From: Spirochaetales bacterium
GTDB taxonomy: Bacteria; Spirochaetota; Spirochaetia; JABEVK01
Assembly (NCBI GenBank): GCA_037142615.1
Contig: JBAXAI010000012.1
Span: 34,066 to 98,065, forward strand
DNA length: 64,000 nucleotides
Reading direction: 5' to 3'
A model generated the notes under the pieces. It made no database searches, had not been told where the DNA came from, and saw nothing but the letters and a program-made list of their open reading frames with translations. The translations under genes and the position numbers were made by a program. Below, one piece after another: positions 37,316 to 49,429 of the stretch; the first letter of the stretch is position 1; the number at the start of each line of letters is the position of its first letter.

Positions 37316-39643
37316 ATGCTTCGTTTCCTTCTGGTCTTTCTGCTGGTTTTCCCGGTTCTGGACGCTCAAGTCATTCAAAAACAAACGCTTTATACCACCG
37401 CGAAGGTGGAAGGCGGAGTCACTGTCACGGTAGATGGCCAAACCTTCGGACCCTATCAGGGGGTCGAGGGAGTACCCGCTTTTTCGGCCGACCTGCAGCA
37501 CTGGGCTCTCGTGGCTCGCAAAACTGGCCCCGGGAACGCTCACGAGGTGCTGGTTGATGGCAAGAGCGCAACGACGTTGGACCAATACAATGGCCTGATG
37601 GGCCTTTCGCTCACCGAGGACGGCAAGACGTGGAGCCTGGTCGCGGGCCTGAGCACCAACTCACGGCAGAATGCCGTGCGCATCACCAATGGAGTTGCAT
37701 CCCCGCCGCTGGGCAATGTCGGGCCCCTGGTGGGGTCTCCCGACGGCAAGAGCTCGTACTTCGTGGCCGAAAGCGACAAAGGCCGGGTTGTGGTGCTGAA
37801 CGGAAAAGTGCTGGGACCGTTCCAAGACGTCCGTTTCGCGGCTTGGGACCTGGGCGGCTCCAAGCTGGCGTTCAGTTTTTCGCGCGGTGGCTCCTGGTTC
37901 CTGTGGACCGATGGGAAAGAAGCGGGACCGTTTCAGGACGCGCAGCCCATCACCCGCGCCGACGGGGCCTGGCTGGGAACTTCGACCACCGACAAGGCCA
38001 ACAAGACCACGTTGAACATCGGCGGCAAGGCCTATGGGCCCTACGATTCCGTCGCCCCCAACCTCGACTGGAAGAGTGCCGACGGCACCAAATGGATGAC
38101 CCGCGCCTACAAGAAAGGTGTGGCCTACCTGGTCGACAATGGCAAAGAGACCAAGCTCGACTCGCTGGATTTCCAAACCCTCCCCGGCGGAAGTTGGGTG
38201 GCCCGCTACGGCGGCTTTGCGAATTGGAGGCTGAACATCGACGGCCAGGTGCTGGGCCCCTACGACGCACCAAGCACACCGCTGGCGTTTGCCGACGGCT
38301 CGAACTGGGCCTTTTCGTACGGAACCCTTCCCAACGACCCCACCGAGAAGTATTTCATCCGCTTGAAAAACGGCAAGACCTATCCAGGTGCGCACCTTAA
38401 ACTCATCGCCGACGATCAAGGTCAGGCGTTCACCTGGTACACCGACGACCGCCAAGGGCCGCTGGTATTCAGCCGGGTCGACAAGTCGGGCTATCAAAGC
38501 ACGACGCTGGTGACGGTGGTCCCCTCGCCGCCCGACGGTATCACGTTGCAGGCCGAAAAAGTGACCTCCGGCCCCTACGCCGAAGTGACCGGGTGGGCAG
38601 CTTCTCCCGATGGTAGGCATTGGGGCGCGCTGGTCCGGCTCAGCGGTGACCGCTACCAGGTGGTGGTCGATGGCCGCGAAGGTGCACCGACCGGGGCCCT
38701 GACCCACGTCGGCGACCTGCAGATCAGTGGCAACGGTGCCTCGTGGAGCTTGCGGGGCTGGCCCACCAAGGGGAGCGACTCCCAGGTACGAATCGTCAAC
38801 GGTGTTATGGCCGGTCCGTTCCAGTCGCCGTGGCCCGTGATGTTTTCGGCCGACGGTTCGCACTCTGGCTATTGGAGCCAGTCCCTCAAGGGCAACCAGA
38901 AGCAGCTCAACTTCGACGGCAAGCAGTACGGCCCGTACGCCAAAGATCAGCTGCAGCACCTGTACGACCTCGATGCCGGCCACTTTGCGTTTGGCATGCC
39001 CGACAAAGGCGGCACGCTGGTCGTGACGGACCAAGGCAACTTCGGTCCTTTCCAGGACTACCGCATTCTGCCCAAGCGGGAGCTGGTGCGCGATTCAGAG
39101 ACCGGAAGTCTGTTTGGCTTCACGGCCCGCAAGTCAGACGGTTCCACCGTCCTGTACGTGTTTCCGGGCGTTCCCGGTGGTGGAGTGACCTACGGGCCCT
39201 TCCAGAATCTGAATGGCAATGGACAGGGTGCCGTGACCCAGGGCGACTGGTACTTTCTGGGCCAAAAATCCGGCAGCCCCAGCCAAACCCTGCTGCACAA
39301 CGGCGAGGCGACTGAGGTGCGCGGGGCCGACGTGCGCGTCCTGGCCTCAGGCGGAGTGCAACTGCGTGTTTGGGAAGAAAACCAGGAAACACTGACGTTG
39401 AATGGCCGCAGTCTGGGTTCTTGGACCCACGTGAACCAGTGGTTGGTTGCCGACGACCAAAACTGGGCCGCCGAAGTGCAGCAAGGGGAGGGCCCGCAGT
39501 CTCGCAATCTTCTGGTCATCAACGGCCAGGAGCTCACGGGGACAGACCTCAAGCTTATTGGCAGCCCGGGTCGCCAAAGCTTCCAGTGGTTCTCGGTGAC
39601 ACCCGAAGGCAGCGGCGTGCGCAATACGTTGGCCCTCCCATGA
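37316..39643 (+). CDS. Secreted repeat-rich all-beta protein (propeller-like)
   Basis: Signal peptide; about ten (D/N)GxxxGP(Y/F)-type motifs and SPDG/SADG motifs; GGAGG RBS. Confidence 0.75.
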   Translation: MLRFLLVFLLVFPVLDAQVIQKQTLYTTAKVEGGVTVTVDGQTFGPYQGVEGVPAFSADLQHWALVARKTGPGNAHEVLVDGKSATTLDQYNGLMGLSLTEDGKTWSLVAGLSTNSRQNAVRITNGVASPPLGNVGPLVGSPDGKSSYFVAESDKGRVVVLNGKVLGPFQDVRFAAWDLGGSKLAFSFSRGGSWFLWTDGKEAGPFQDAQPITRADGAWLGTSTTDKANKTTLNIGGKAYGPYDSVAPNLDWKSADGTKWMTRAYKKGVAYLVDNGKETKLDSLDFQTLPGGSWVARYGGFANWRLNIDGQVLGPYDAPSTPLAFADGSNWAFSYGTLPNDPTEKYFIRLKNGKTYPGAHLKLIADDQGQAFTWYTDDRQGPLVFSRVDKSGYQSTTLVTVVPSPPDGITLQAEKVTSGPYAEVTGWAASPDGRHWGALVRLSGDRYQVVVDGREGAPTGALTHVGDLQISGNGASWSLRGWPTKGSDSQVRIVNGVMAGPFQSPWPVMFSADGSHSGYWSQSLKGNQKQLNFDGKQYGPYAKDQLQHLYDLDAGHFAFGMPDKGGTLVVTDQGNFGPFQDYRILPKRELVRDSETGSLFGFTARKSDGSTVLYVFPGVPGGGVTYGPFQNLNGNGQGAVTQGDWYFLGQKSGSPSQTLLHNGEATEVRGADVRVLASGGVQLRVWEENQETLTLNGRSLGSWTHVNQWLVADDQNWAAEVQQGEGPQSRNLLVINGQELTGTDLKLIGSPGRQSFQWFSVTPEGSGVRNTLALP

Positions 39644-40020
39644 ACCGGTCGATGGCCGCCTTGATCGACCATTTGATTGCCCACCACGACGTGCTTCGCG
39701 TGGGTTTCGTCGGCGCGGGCGACAAGCCCTACGCCGCCTCGCTGTTGGCGCAGTTCCGCTCGCGCACCGACGACGCGGCGATCCGGCCCGAGGCCGCTTG
39801 GGTTTGCCCGGGTGGGACGACTGCCGAAGACGGTGCCGCCGCCGCAGATTCCTTGGTCGCGTGGGCCCGGGCCAACTCGCACCGGGGCGCCTTCCAAGCC
39901 GTGATCGTCGTCGGAGCTGAGCAGACCCAAGGTGTTCGCCAAGTGTTGGCCGCGGCGGGGGGAGCCTTGGCGGCCGTTTTCGTCGAAACGATCGAACCGG
40001 AACTGGCGACTCAGTACTGA
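39640..40020 (+). CDS. Small hypothetical protein
   Basis: ATG overlaps the upstream stop (ATGA). Confidence 0.5.
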   Translation: MNRSMAALIDHLIAHHDVLRVGFVGAGDKPYAASLLAQFRSRTDDAAIRPEAAWVCPGGTTAEDGAAAADSLVAWARANSHRGAFQAVIVVGAEQTQGVRQVLAAAGGALAAVFVETIEPELATQY

Positions 40021-42032
40021 AGGGACTCGATCAGGCTTTCGAGGCTCCGACCCTCTTCACGGAGCGTATTGGCCATTGCACTCAGCGACGAGGCCGTTTC
40101 TGCCGTGCTGGCGTTGAGTTCAGCCAGATGGCCCAGCGAGGTCTGGATCGTGAGGGTGCCGCTGAGCTGGCGAGCGGTCGTGGTGCCCGCTTGTGAGGCC
40201 AGCGACTGCTGCGTCCGGCTGCTCTTTTCGAGGTCCAGCAACAGGGGACCCTGCGCGGCCAACTCCCCCGAAACCTCCGACAGCAATTGGGCCGAGTTGC
40301 TCAGGTCTTGCGACAAGTGCTGCAGTTGTTCGCGCACCGTGCGGGAAAGGCCGGCAAACGCTTCGGCCTCGCCCGTGGCCTGCTGGGCCAGACCCACGAC
40401 GCCCTCGATTCGATCCCTAACCGACCCAAGGATGACACCGGTGGCCGAGACAGACAGGTTGGCCTGTTCGGCCAGCTTACCGACTTCGCCGGCGATCACG
40501 GCGAAGCCCTTGCCAGCGGAACCCGCATGAGCCGCCTGAATCGACGCATTCATCGCCAACAGGGCCGTTCGGGCCGCGATGTCGGTTATTCCCGTCAGCA
40601 CCTCGTCGATGCGCTGGCTTTCTTGCTGAATTTGCTGCATTTCACCATCAAGGCCGGCGAGCAACCGCGCCAAGGTGCTGAACTTTTCAAGGCCTCGGTC
40701 CAGGTGGACCACTTCCTCACGGGCGGCGGAGGACCGTTCCAGGCTCTCGCGACAGGCGTCGGCGGCTCTGTCGGCCAGGTTCTGGCTGCGAACCAGAAGG
40801 CCCGAGAGTGTTTGTGCGCCGGTCTGGGCTTGCAGGGCCTGGTCTTCGGCGGTTCGACCCAGATGTTCGGCGGCTCCCGCCAGGTCGTTGATTTCCTGGG
40901 TGATGTTGCGATTCGCTTCGGTTTGAACCTCGAGTCCGAGCTCGAGTTCGTTGGACCGGGTCTGCGCGGTTTCGGCCGAAAGCAGCAGCTTGCTGAGCAC
41001 TGTCTCGATGGACCGGAACAGCGTTCGAAGCTCGGCAGAAACGCGGTTCAGCTGGTGAGCCACAGCGCCCAACTCATCGCCAGAAAGCCGCGAAGTGTCC
41101 TGTCGAAAGTCACCGTGAGACAGGTGGCCTACCGTCGTGTTCAAGGCCCGGATTTGGCGGATCAACGACAACAGGATGAGGCTCATCAACCCGAGACCCA
41201 GGGCCACGGCGGCGGTGGAACCGACCAGCGACCACAGCAGTTCCCCTTGGTAACGGTCGACGCGTGCCTGCACCATCGCTTCCAGGTCGGTGTTGGCGGC
41301 ATACCAGAGCGCTTCGAGACTGGTCATCGCCTGCCGAGTCAGCGCTTGCAGCGACGCGCGCGAACCCGTGCCCAGTTCGTCGGCGAGAAGCTTCAAGTCG
41401 TTGGTGAGTTTGCCGCTGAGGGTGGGCAGGTGGTCGCTCAACGCTGGCAGCGGGCCCATGAAGTGTGCATCCTCGCGCAACACGGTCGCAACCGAGGCCT
41501 CCACGCCGGGCAAATCGATCTGCTGCACGAGCACCCGGACTTCGGCCTGGGCCTCGCGGGCCACTTCGCCTACCGCCAAACCGGCCTCGAGGGCCTCGAG
41601 CCGTTGCCAAAGGGGCACCAACTGAAACACCGAAAGGTTCATCAAGTAGTAGCTGTCGAGGTCTGGATCCAGAGTCAGGTTCGAAGCATCCGAAACGGCG
41701 GTAATCTGGCCGGCGGCCCAGGTGGCCCAGGCGTCTGGGGTCTTGCTGCTGTCGAGGGTGAGGTCTTTCAGCGGGAGCGAAGGGAAGTCTGCCGCGTGGC
41801 TGCGCAGGTGCGCTTGGATGGCTGCGAGGTCGGCTGTGGGCTGGTGAAGGCTCACCAGCAGTTGGAACAGGGGCTTGAGCAGCTGGGCACCCTGCACTTC
41901 TTTGGCGTTGAAGTTGATGTTGCCCATCGAAACCTGTACCAACAGGTAGAGCACAAACAACAAAGGAAGAAGAAAGCTGGAGACCATCCAAAAGAACTTT
42001 CCCCGGAGCTTCATGCCAGTAGGTTTTTCCAT
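40011..42032 (-). CDS. Methyl-accepting chemotaxis protein
   Basis: Two TM helices, [35 protein letters not shown]. Confidence 0.93.
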   Translation of the reverse strand: MEKPTGMKLRGKFFWMVSSFLLPLLFVLYLLVQVSMGNINFNAKEVQGAQLLKPLFQLLVSLHQPTADLAAIQAHLRSHAADFPSLPLKDLTLDSSKTPDAWATWAAGQITAVSDASNLTLDPDLDSYYLMNLSVFQLVPLWQRLEALEAGLAVGEVAREAQAEVRVLVQQIDLPGVEASVATVLREDAHFMGPLPALSDHLPTLSGKLTNDLKLLADELGTGSRASLQALTRQAMTSLEALWYAANTDLEAMVQARVDRYQGELLWSLVGSTAAVALGLGLMSLILLSLIRQIRALNTTVGHLSHGDFRQDTSRLSGDELGAVAHQLNRVSAELRTLFRSIETVLSKLLLSAETAQTRSNELELGLEVQTEANRNITQEINDLAGAAEHLGRTAEDQALQAQTGAQTLSGLLVRSQNLADRAADACRESLERSSAAREEVVHLDRGLEKFSTLARLLAGLDGEMQQIQQESQRIDEVLTGITDIAARTALLAMNASIQAAHAGSAGKGFAVIAGEVGKLAEQANLSVSATGVILGSVRDRIEGVVGLAQQATGEAEAFAGLSRTVREQLQHLSQDLSNSAQLLSEVSGELAAQGPLLLDLEKSSRTQQSLASQAGTTTARQLSGTLTIQTSLGHLAELNASTAETASSLSAMANTLREEGRSLESLIESLQY

Positions 42033-42168
42033 ACGCCAATAGTAATTGCACCGGGGCCCGGCGTAAACAGCAAAGAAGTCGACTATTCCGTCCTAATCCC
42101 CGTCAACAACCGCCAACGCCGGTCAGGGGCAGACACGAGCGCCCGGGCCGGTGTATGTTGGCGCACCT

Positions 42169-44007
<1,839 letters not shown>

Positions 44008-44029
44008 TGGAGGGGGGCGTCCCCCCCCT

Positions 44030-44083
44030 GCGCTCCATAAAAAAGGCGGCCCTCGGGCCGCCTTTTGTTATTGCGCTACCCCC
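44030..44083 (-). repeat. Hairpin element family A, copy 1 (also a plausible typA terminator)
   Basis: Minus strand GGGGGTAGCGC-AA-TAA-C-AAAAGGCGGCCC-ga-GGGCCGCCTTTT-TTA-TGGA-GCGC. Confidence 0.8.
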
Positions 44084-44162
44084 GTGCGGGGACACCCCTC
44101 AAGGCCCGATGGTTCGCAAGACTCCGTTGCCCATGCTATAAAGATGTTCGGAGTCCGAACAC

Positions 44163-47100
44163 ATGCGAACCGTAAGAGACCTCTGTACAATTCAGCCCGG
44201 TGCCCTCGATGTCAGCGTTTCCGATCAGATCGAACGCCTCGACCAATTGATCAACGAAAAAGGCGATGGCAGGGAGTTTTTTGACAAGACATTTGTCACG
44301 GAAGGCATGAAAGCGATGCTTACCGAGGGGTTTGCGCGCCTCTCGGGGAAGTCCTCACAGGCACTGTTCCACCTGAAACAGGCGATGGGTGGGGGAAAAA
44401 CCCACCTTCTAGTCAGTTTTGGACTCTTGGCCAAGAGCGTCGATCTTCGCCGCTTGGTCACCCCCAACATCGCCTATCACGAGTCTTTCGTTCCGGCCAA
44501 GGTCGCCGCCTTCACCGGACGAAACTATCCCAACGAATACTTCTGGGGCTCTTTGGCGAGCCAACTTGGTAACCCCGCGCTCTTTTCCCGCTATTGGACC
44601 AATGGACCGGACGCCCCAGGTGAGGATGCGTGGCTCCAACTGTTTGACGGTGACCAACCCATACTCATCCTGCTTGACGAATTGCCACCCTACTTTAACT
44701 TCTACCGAACCAAAGAAGTCGGCCAGGGGACTGTTGCAGATATAGCGACCAGTGCGCTCTCCAACATGTTTTCGGCGGCTAGCAAGAAGGCGAATGTCTG
44801 TGTCGTGATCGCCGATCTTAATGCCGCTTACGAGAAAGGCGCCGCGGGGATCAACCACGCGCTCGAGGACGCGAAACAGGAGCTTGGTCGGGGGGCAAAA
44901 ACCATTACACCGGTTGACTTGGCCGGTAATGAAATCTACGCCATCCTACGCAAACGTTTGTTCGCCTCGCTGCCAAGCCAGAGTGCCATCGACGAAGTAG
45001 CTGCCGGCTATGGAAGGGCGATCGCCGAGGCCAGCCGGGCCAAGATGATCGGTCGGTCAGCCGAGGCGATCGCCGACGAAATCAGCCAAACCTACCCGTT
45101 CCATCCCAAACTCAAGAACCTCATTGCGTTGTTCAAGGAGAATGAACAGTTCCGGCAAACACGTGGCCTCATGGAATTGGTTTCCCGACTTCTGAAGAGC
45201 GTGTGGACCCGCGAACTGAACGACGTCTACTTGATTGGCCCGCAGCACTTTGATCTGTCGATCTCCGAGGTTCGCGACAAGCTTGCTGATATTTCCGACA
45301 TGGCCGACGTGATTGCCAAAGACTTGTGGGACGCCAACGGTGCCGCACATGCTCAGGTGATTGACGCTGATACCCAAAATGACGCTGCTCGCATTGCAGC
45401 GAATCTCGTGTTCACCTCGAGCCTTTCGACCGCGCACAACGCGGTTCGCGGCCTGACTTCCGAGGAAATTCTGGAATGTGCCATTAGTCCGTTTCAAGAT
45501 GCTGCCAGCATCACTACGGCATTGGAGCAACTCAACTTGCAGGCATGGTACTTGCACCACTCGGGCGAAGGGAAGTACTTCTTCGACAGGGTCGAGAACC
45601 TGACCAAGCTATTGCAGGACCTCGCGGAGAAGGCACCAAGACCTCAGGTCGACCAGGTGATTCAGAAGAGACTATCCGATCTCTTTCAGCCGACCCGCAA
45701 AGTTGCGTACGAAGAAATGATCGCGCTCCCGACTCTCTCGGAGGTGGAAGACACTATCCGAAAAAAGCGAGTCCTACTCATTCTACCCCCTGAGGGTAAG
45801 ATCCCTTCCGACGGACTTGAGAAGTTCTTCCAGTCGATTCAGTCCAAAAACAACTTGTTGGTGCTGACCGGGGAAAAGAGCGTGATGGACAACCTTGAGG
45901 CCAAAGCAAGGTACGTGTTCGCATCCATCAAAGCTGAATCCAGAATCCCCAAGGGACACGCTCAGCGTGAAGAACTCGAGCGGAAGCAAGAACAGTACTC
46001 TGCTGACCTTCTGACCGCGACCCTCAACACGTTCGATAAGGTAGTGTTCCCCACCCAACGTTCGGGTCAACAGGCTCGCCTTGTCTCCAAGCCGCTTTCT
46101 CAAAGCTATAACCAGAGCAAACCTTACAATGGTGAACAGCAGATAGAGGCCACGTTGGCGGCGGACCCTCTGAAGTTGTATGTCGATGTTGCCCAAGATT
46201 TTGAGGCGATTCGCGACAAAGCGCAGGATTTACTGTGGCCGCAAGGGAGCGACGATACGAGGTGGACGGACGCTCGAGAGCGGGCAACTCAGGAACCGGC
46301 CATGCCCTGGCTACCGTCCGTAGGTTCCGCAGGTCTCGAACTCGTGAAACAACTGGCTCTCAGCCATGGCAAGTGGGAAGATCTGGGGAACGGATACGTC
46401 ACCAAGAAACCCCGCCCCAAGAAGGCGTCGTTGCAGATTTCGCAGGAGTCGGAGCCCGACGACGAAGGCCGAGTCCGCTTGAGGCTGGTACCTCAGAACG
46501 CAGGCAATCAACCCAAAATCTACGTTCAGGAAGAAGGGTCGGTCTCACCTTCCAGCCCAGTTCATCTAGATACACTGTTTTCAACCAAAGCCTTGTGGGC
46601 CGAGTTTCTTGTTGTAGACCCTTCGGGCCAAGCCCTGCCCGGTGAGCCAATACGGTGGGACAACGAGCTGGTGATTCGTCATCGGGTAAGCGGTCAAGGA
46701 GCCCACCGAAGCGTGGAGTTGTACCTGTCGCCGCGCGGAAAACTTTGGTACAGCCTCGATGGTACAGAACCTCGAAACGGTGCCTCCTATGATGGCTCCT
46801 TCGAAGTCGCAGAAACGGGAGGCCGGCTGCTTGTCTATGGCAAAGCCGACGCCCTTGAAAAAAAGGCTGACTTCACGATTCCGGCAGTTCAGCAAAACGA
46901 AGTCACCTTCGACGAGAGTCGGCCCGCAAGTCTAGTTCGGCCTTCACCGTTTCGCCTTGACTCGCGACAGAAGACATTCGAGCTCTTGGAGCTAGCTGCA
47001 ACCCAACAAGTGGTGTTTTCCAAACTCTCGCTGGCCGTCGGCCAAATGGCTTCTGCGATTTCGGTGACAATCCCACAGAAAGAAGTTAGCGCCGAGTATC

Positions 47101-47255
47101 TTCTGAAGATTGTGAAGGCCATTAGCGACGACCTGCCAGCCAGCGAACCTATCACTTTAGGGTTTTGCCGCGCCCAGTTTCGCCTTGGCAAAGAGCTCAA
47201 GGAGTTCACCGACCGAGCTGGCTTCAATCCGCAGGCAGGAGACATTGTTCAGTGA
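44163..47255 (+). CDS. DUF499 ATPase of a restriction-like (Gao RL-type) defence system
   Basis: QAMGGGKTH, ILLDELPPY, YPFHP, FRQTRG; position in the operon; TGcTATAAA at 44134. Confidence 0.88.
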   Translation: MRTVRDLCTIQPGALDVSVSDQIERLDQLINEKGDGREFFDKTFVTEGMKAMLTEGFARLSGKSSQALFHLKQAMGGGKTHLLVSFGLLAKSVDLRRLVTPNIAYHESFVPAKVAAFTGRNYPNEYFWGSLASQLGNPALFSRYWTNGPDAPGEDAWLQLFDGDQPILILLDELPPYFNFYRTKEVGQGTVADIATSALSNMFSAASKKANVCVVIADLNAAYEKGAAGINHALEDAKQELGRGAKTITPVDLAGNEIYAILRKRLFASLPSQSAIDEVAAGYGRAIAEASRAKMIGRSAEAIADEISQTYPFHPKLKNLIALFKENEQFRQTRGLMELVSRLLKSVWTRELNDVYLIGPQHFDLSISEVRDKLADISDMADVIAKDLWDANGAAHAQVIDADTQNDAARIAANLVFTSSLSTAHNAVRGLTSEEILECAISPFQDAASITTALEQLNLQAWYLHHSGEGKYFFDRVENLTKLLQDLAEKAPRPQVDQVIQKRLSDLFQPTRKVAYEEMIALPTLSEVEDTIRKKRVLLILPPEGKIPSDGLEKFFQSIQSKNNLLVLTGEKSVMDNLEAKARYVFASIKAESRIPKGHAQREELERKQEQYSADLLTATLNTFDKVVFPTQRSGQQARLVSKPLSQSYNQSKPYNGEQQIEATLAADPLKLYVDVAQDFEAIRDKAQDLLWPQGSDDTRWTDARERATQEPAMPWLPSVGSAGLELVKQLALSHGKWEDLGNGYVTKKPRPKKASLQISQESEPDDEGRVRLRLVPQNAGNQPKIYVQEEGSVSPSSPVHLDTLFSTKALWAEFLVVDPSGQALPGEPIRWDNELVIRHRVSGQGAHRSVELYLSPRGKLWYSLDGTEPRNGASYDGSFEVAETGGRLLVYGKADALEKKADFTIPAVQQNEVTFDESRPASLVRPSPFRLDSRQKTFELLELAATQQVVFSKLSLAVGQMASAISVTIPQKEVSAEYLLKIVKAISDDLPASEPITLGFCRAQFRLGKELKEFTDRAGFNPQAGDIVQ

Positions 47256-47839
47256 ACAATCTGCCCCAGTTTGAAGACTTTGGTGCACCCACTAGGGTGG
47301 GCTCTCACATCTTCTTGGTCGATATTCCCATCAGTCGTTCAGAGCCGGTTCTCATTCTGGAAAACTATGGCTTCCTTGGCGGTGAACGGGGTATTCCCGA
47401 GAAGGAAACCCGCGTCAGTCTGAATCGCAGCCATTGGTACGGTATTTCGGAGATCGCCCGACAAGACTTCAACGATCGGCTCAAGGGCAAGAAGATGACG
47501 ACGAGCCGATGGACGACCGGCCTGAACAAACTCGACAAGCTATTGGGCAAAGAACTCTGCGTGCTAGCCTGGGCAGCAGAGCAGTCGTCGTTGGAACAGC
47601 TGCCCATCGTTTGCCACAGGTGGGTGTCGCTCCGACCAGAGGAACGCTGGTGGTTGTTTCGCATGACTGTCGCCGAGGCAGGGCTGGCGCAAGACCTCGA
47701 CCGAGGCTGGCGAAAGGCCCTCCACTTTGCTCTTTCTGATGGTAAGATTGACGAGCGGCGCATCAAGCGCCCCCGACCCGATGACGACGACGAGGATTTG
47801 TCGTTGTTCGGTGGTTCCGTGCAGGAGGTTCACCAGTGA
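47252..47839 (+). CDS. DUF3780 protein
   Basis: LGKELCVLAWA, LRPEERWWL, GWRKAL; coupled to DUF499 by GTGA. Confidence 0.85.
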   Translation: MNNLPQFEDFGAPTRVGSHIFLVDIPISRSEPVLILENYGFLGGERGIPEKETRVSLNRSHWYGISEIARQDFNDRLKGKKMTTSRWTTGLNKLDKLLGKELCVLAWAAEQSSLEQLPIVCHRWVSLRPEERWWLFRMTVAEAGLAQDLDRGWRKALHFALSDGKIDERRIKRPRPDDDDEDLSLFGGSVQEVHQ

Positions 47840-48882
47840 TTAGCCACCTCAGCGTTGAAAACTTTGCGGCACTGGAGCAGGCCGAGCTCGACTTTTCCCC
47901 GGGGCTGAATGTCATCCTGGGCGAGAACAGCACCGGCAAAAGTTTGCTGATGAAATTGATGTATTCCGGCGCTTGGGTCAGCCACTCCTTGGGGAAAGGC
48001 GACCGCAAAACCAAAGATGAGCTGCAGCGAGCCATAGCTGACAAGCTGAAGGCAGTGTGCATTCCTGAATCTCTTGGGAGACTCGTTACCCGGAAGGCGG
48101 GCCGAAATCGGTGCACGGTTCGGGTATCGTTCAGCGAACCCCAGAATGCCTCATTCGGGTTCTCATTCGCCACAAATAGCGATCGTGAAGCCAAACTCGA
48201 CGGCGCCACCCCCGAAGGCTACCTGAGCTCATCGCCTATTTTCATTCCAACAAAAGAAGTTCTTTCGGTGTTCCCCAATTTTGCAGCGACACTTCGCTCC
48301 AAGCACCTCTTCTTTGACGATACATACCTTGATTTGCTCGACGCACTCGACCAGCCAGTCAACAAAGGGGCCCCCAAGAAGGACGAAAGAGAACTCCGGG
48401 ATTCACTGGAGCAGGCAATGGCGGGTCGCGTTGTGTTCGACGGAGGCCGCTTCTACTACCTGCCCGAAGCAGAGGGCAAAGGGAAGATTGAAATGCCGTT
48501 GGTTGCCGAAGGCCTACGGAAGATTTCGATCTTGACCTACCTAGTGATGAACGGTGGCCTGCGCAATAAGTCTCTCTTATTCTGGGACGAACCTGAGGTT
48601 AACTTGAACCCCAAACTGATGCGCAGACTTGCCGTCGTGTTGGTCGACATGGCCGAGCGCGGGGTTCAAGTGATCCTTGCCACTCATAGTCTGTTCTTGC
48701 TCCGCGAGTTGGTCATTGCTCGCGCCAGTAGCAAGACGAAAGAACCCGTGCGTTTCTTTGCCCTTTCGAAGCAAGGAGACACGCAGAGGGTGACGCAAGG
48801 TGACTCGGTCGAAGAGGTCGACCCGTTGGCCAGTCTCGATGCGGAACTGGAACAGAGCGATCGGTACCTGGAGCTTCCTTGA
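47836..48882 (+). CDS. ABC-type (AAA_15/AAA_21-like) ATPase
   Basis: LGENSTGKS, AEGLRK, FWDEPEVNLNP, LATHS. Confidence 0.88.
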   Translation: MISHLSVENFAALEQAELDFSPGLNVILGENSTGKSLLMKLMYSGAWVSHSLGKGDRKTKDELQRAIADKLKAVCIPESLGRLVTRKAGRNRCTVRVSFSEPQNASFGFSFATNSDREAKLDGATPEGYLSSSPIFIPTKEVLSVFPNFAATLRSKHLFFDDTYLDLLDALDQPVNKGAPKKDERELRDSLEQAMAGRVVFDGGRFYYLPEAEGKGKIEMPLVAEGLRKISILTYLVMNGGLRNKSLLFWDEPEVNLNPKLMRRLAVVLVDMAERGVQVILATHSLFLLRELVIARASSKTKEPVRFFALSKQGDTQRVTQGDSVEEVDPLASLDAELEQSDRYLELP

Positions 48883-49421
48883 TGCAAGTCTTCGACGAGC
48901 AGGGAATTGCGTTTGCCTTTCCTGACGACTTTGTCGTTTTTCGCCCTCAACACTCCGTTTTTTACAGAAAGTTGTGGCAGCGGTTTTCGATCCCCGACGC
49001 GGCGGGCGAGAAAGGAAACAAAGAAGCTGACTTCGTTGCCGTCGACCGAAAGGAGCAACGCCTTTGGCTCATCGAGGCCAAGGACTATCGTGTCCACGAA
49101 CGCACCAAGCCCGGGTCACTGTCGCAGGAGTTTGCCCGCAAATGCCGCGATTCGCTGGCATTGTTGGCCGCGTTGCAGCTCAGTAGCACCGCAGCCGAGG
49201 TTGGCGAAACAGCGAGCGGGCTGTTGGATGGTCTCAAGAAGGTTTCTTGCGTCTTGCACGTCGAGCAGAAGGCAGGTGAAAAACTTTTCCCGCTGGCGGT
49301 CAGACCCACTGACCTGAAAGACGCACTGCGTCGCGAACTACATGCCCTTGACCCCCAGGCGCTCACGGGTACGGCTGCGGAGCTCGCAACACTTCAACTT
49401 CCCTTCACCATCACCGTCTAG
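48879..49421 (+). CDS. Putative PD-(D/E)XK-fold nuclease partner of the ATPase
   Basis: EADFVAVD...LWLIEAKDY; coupled to the ATPase gene. Confidence 0.62.
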   Translation: MMQVFDEQGIAFAFPDDFVVFRPQHSVFYRKLWQRFSIPDAAGEKGNKEADFVAVDRKEQRLWLIEAKDYRVHERTKPGSLSQEFARKCRDSLALLAALQLSSTAAEVGETASGLLDGLKKVSCVLHVEQKAGEKLFPLAVRPTDLKDALRRELHALDPQALTGTAAELATLQLPFTITV

Positions 49422-49429
49422 GAGCCCCC

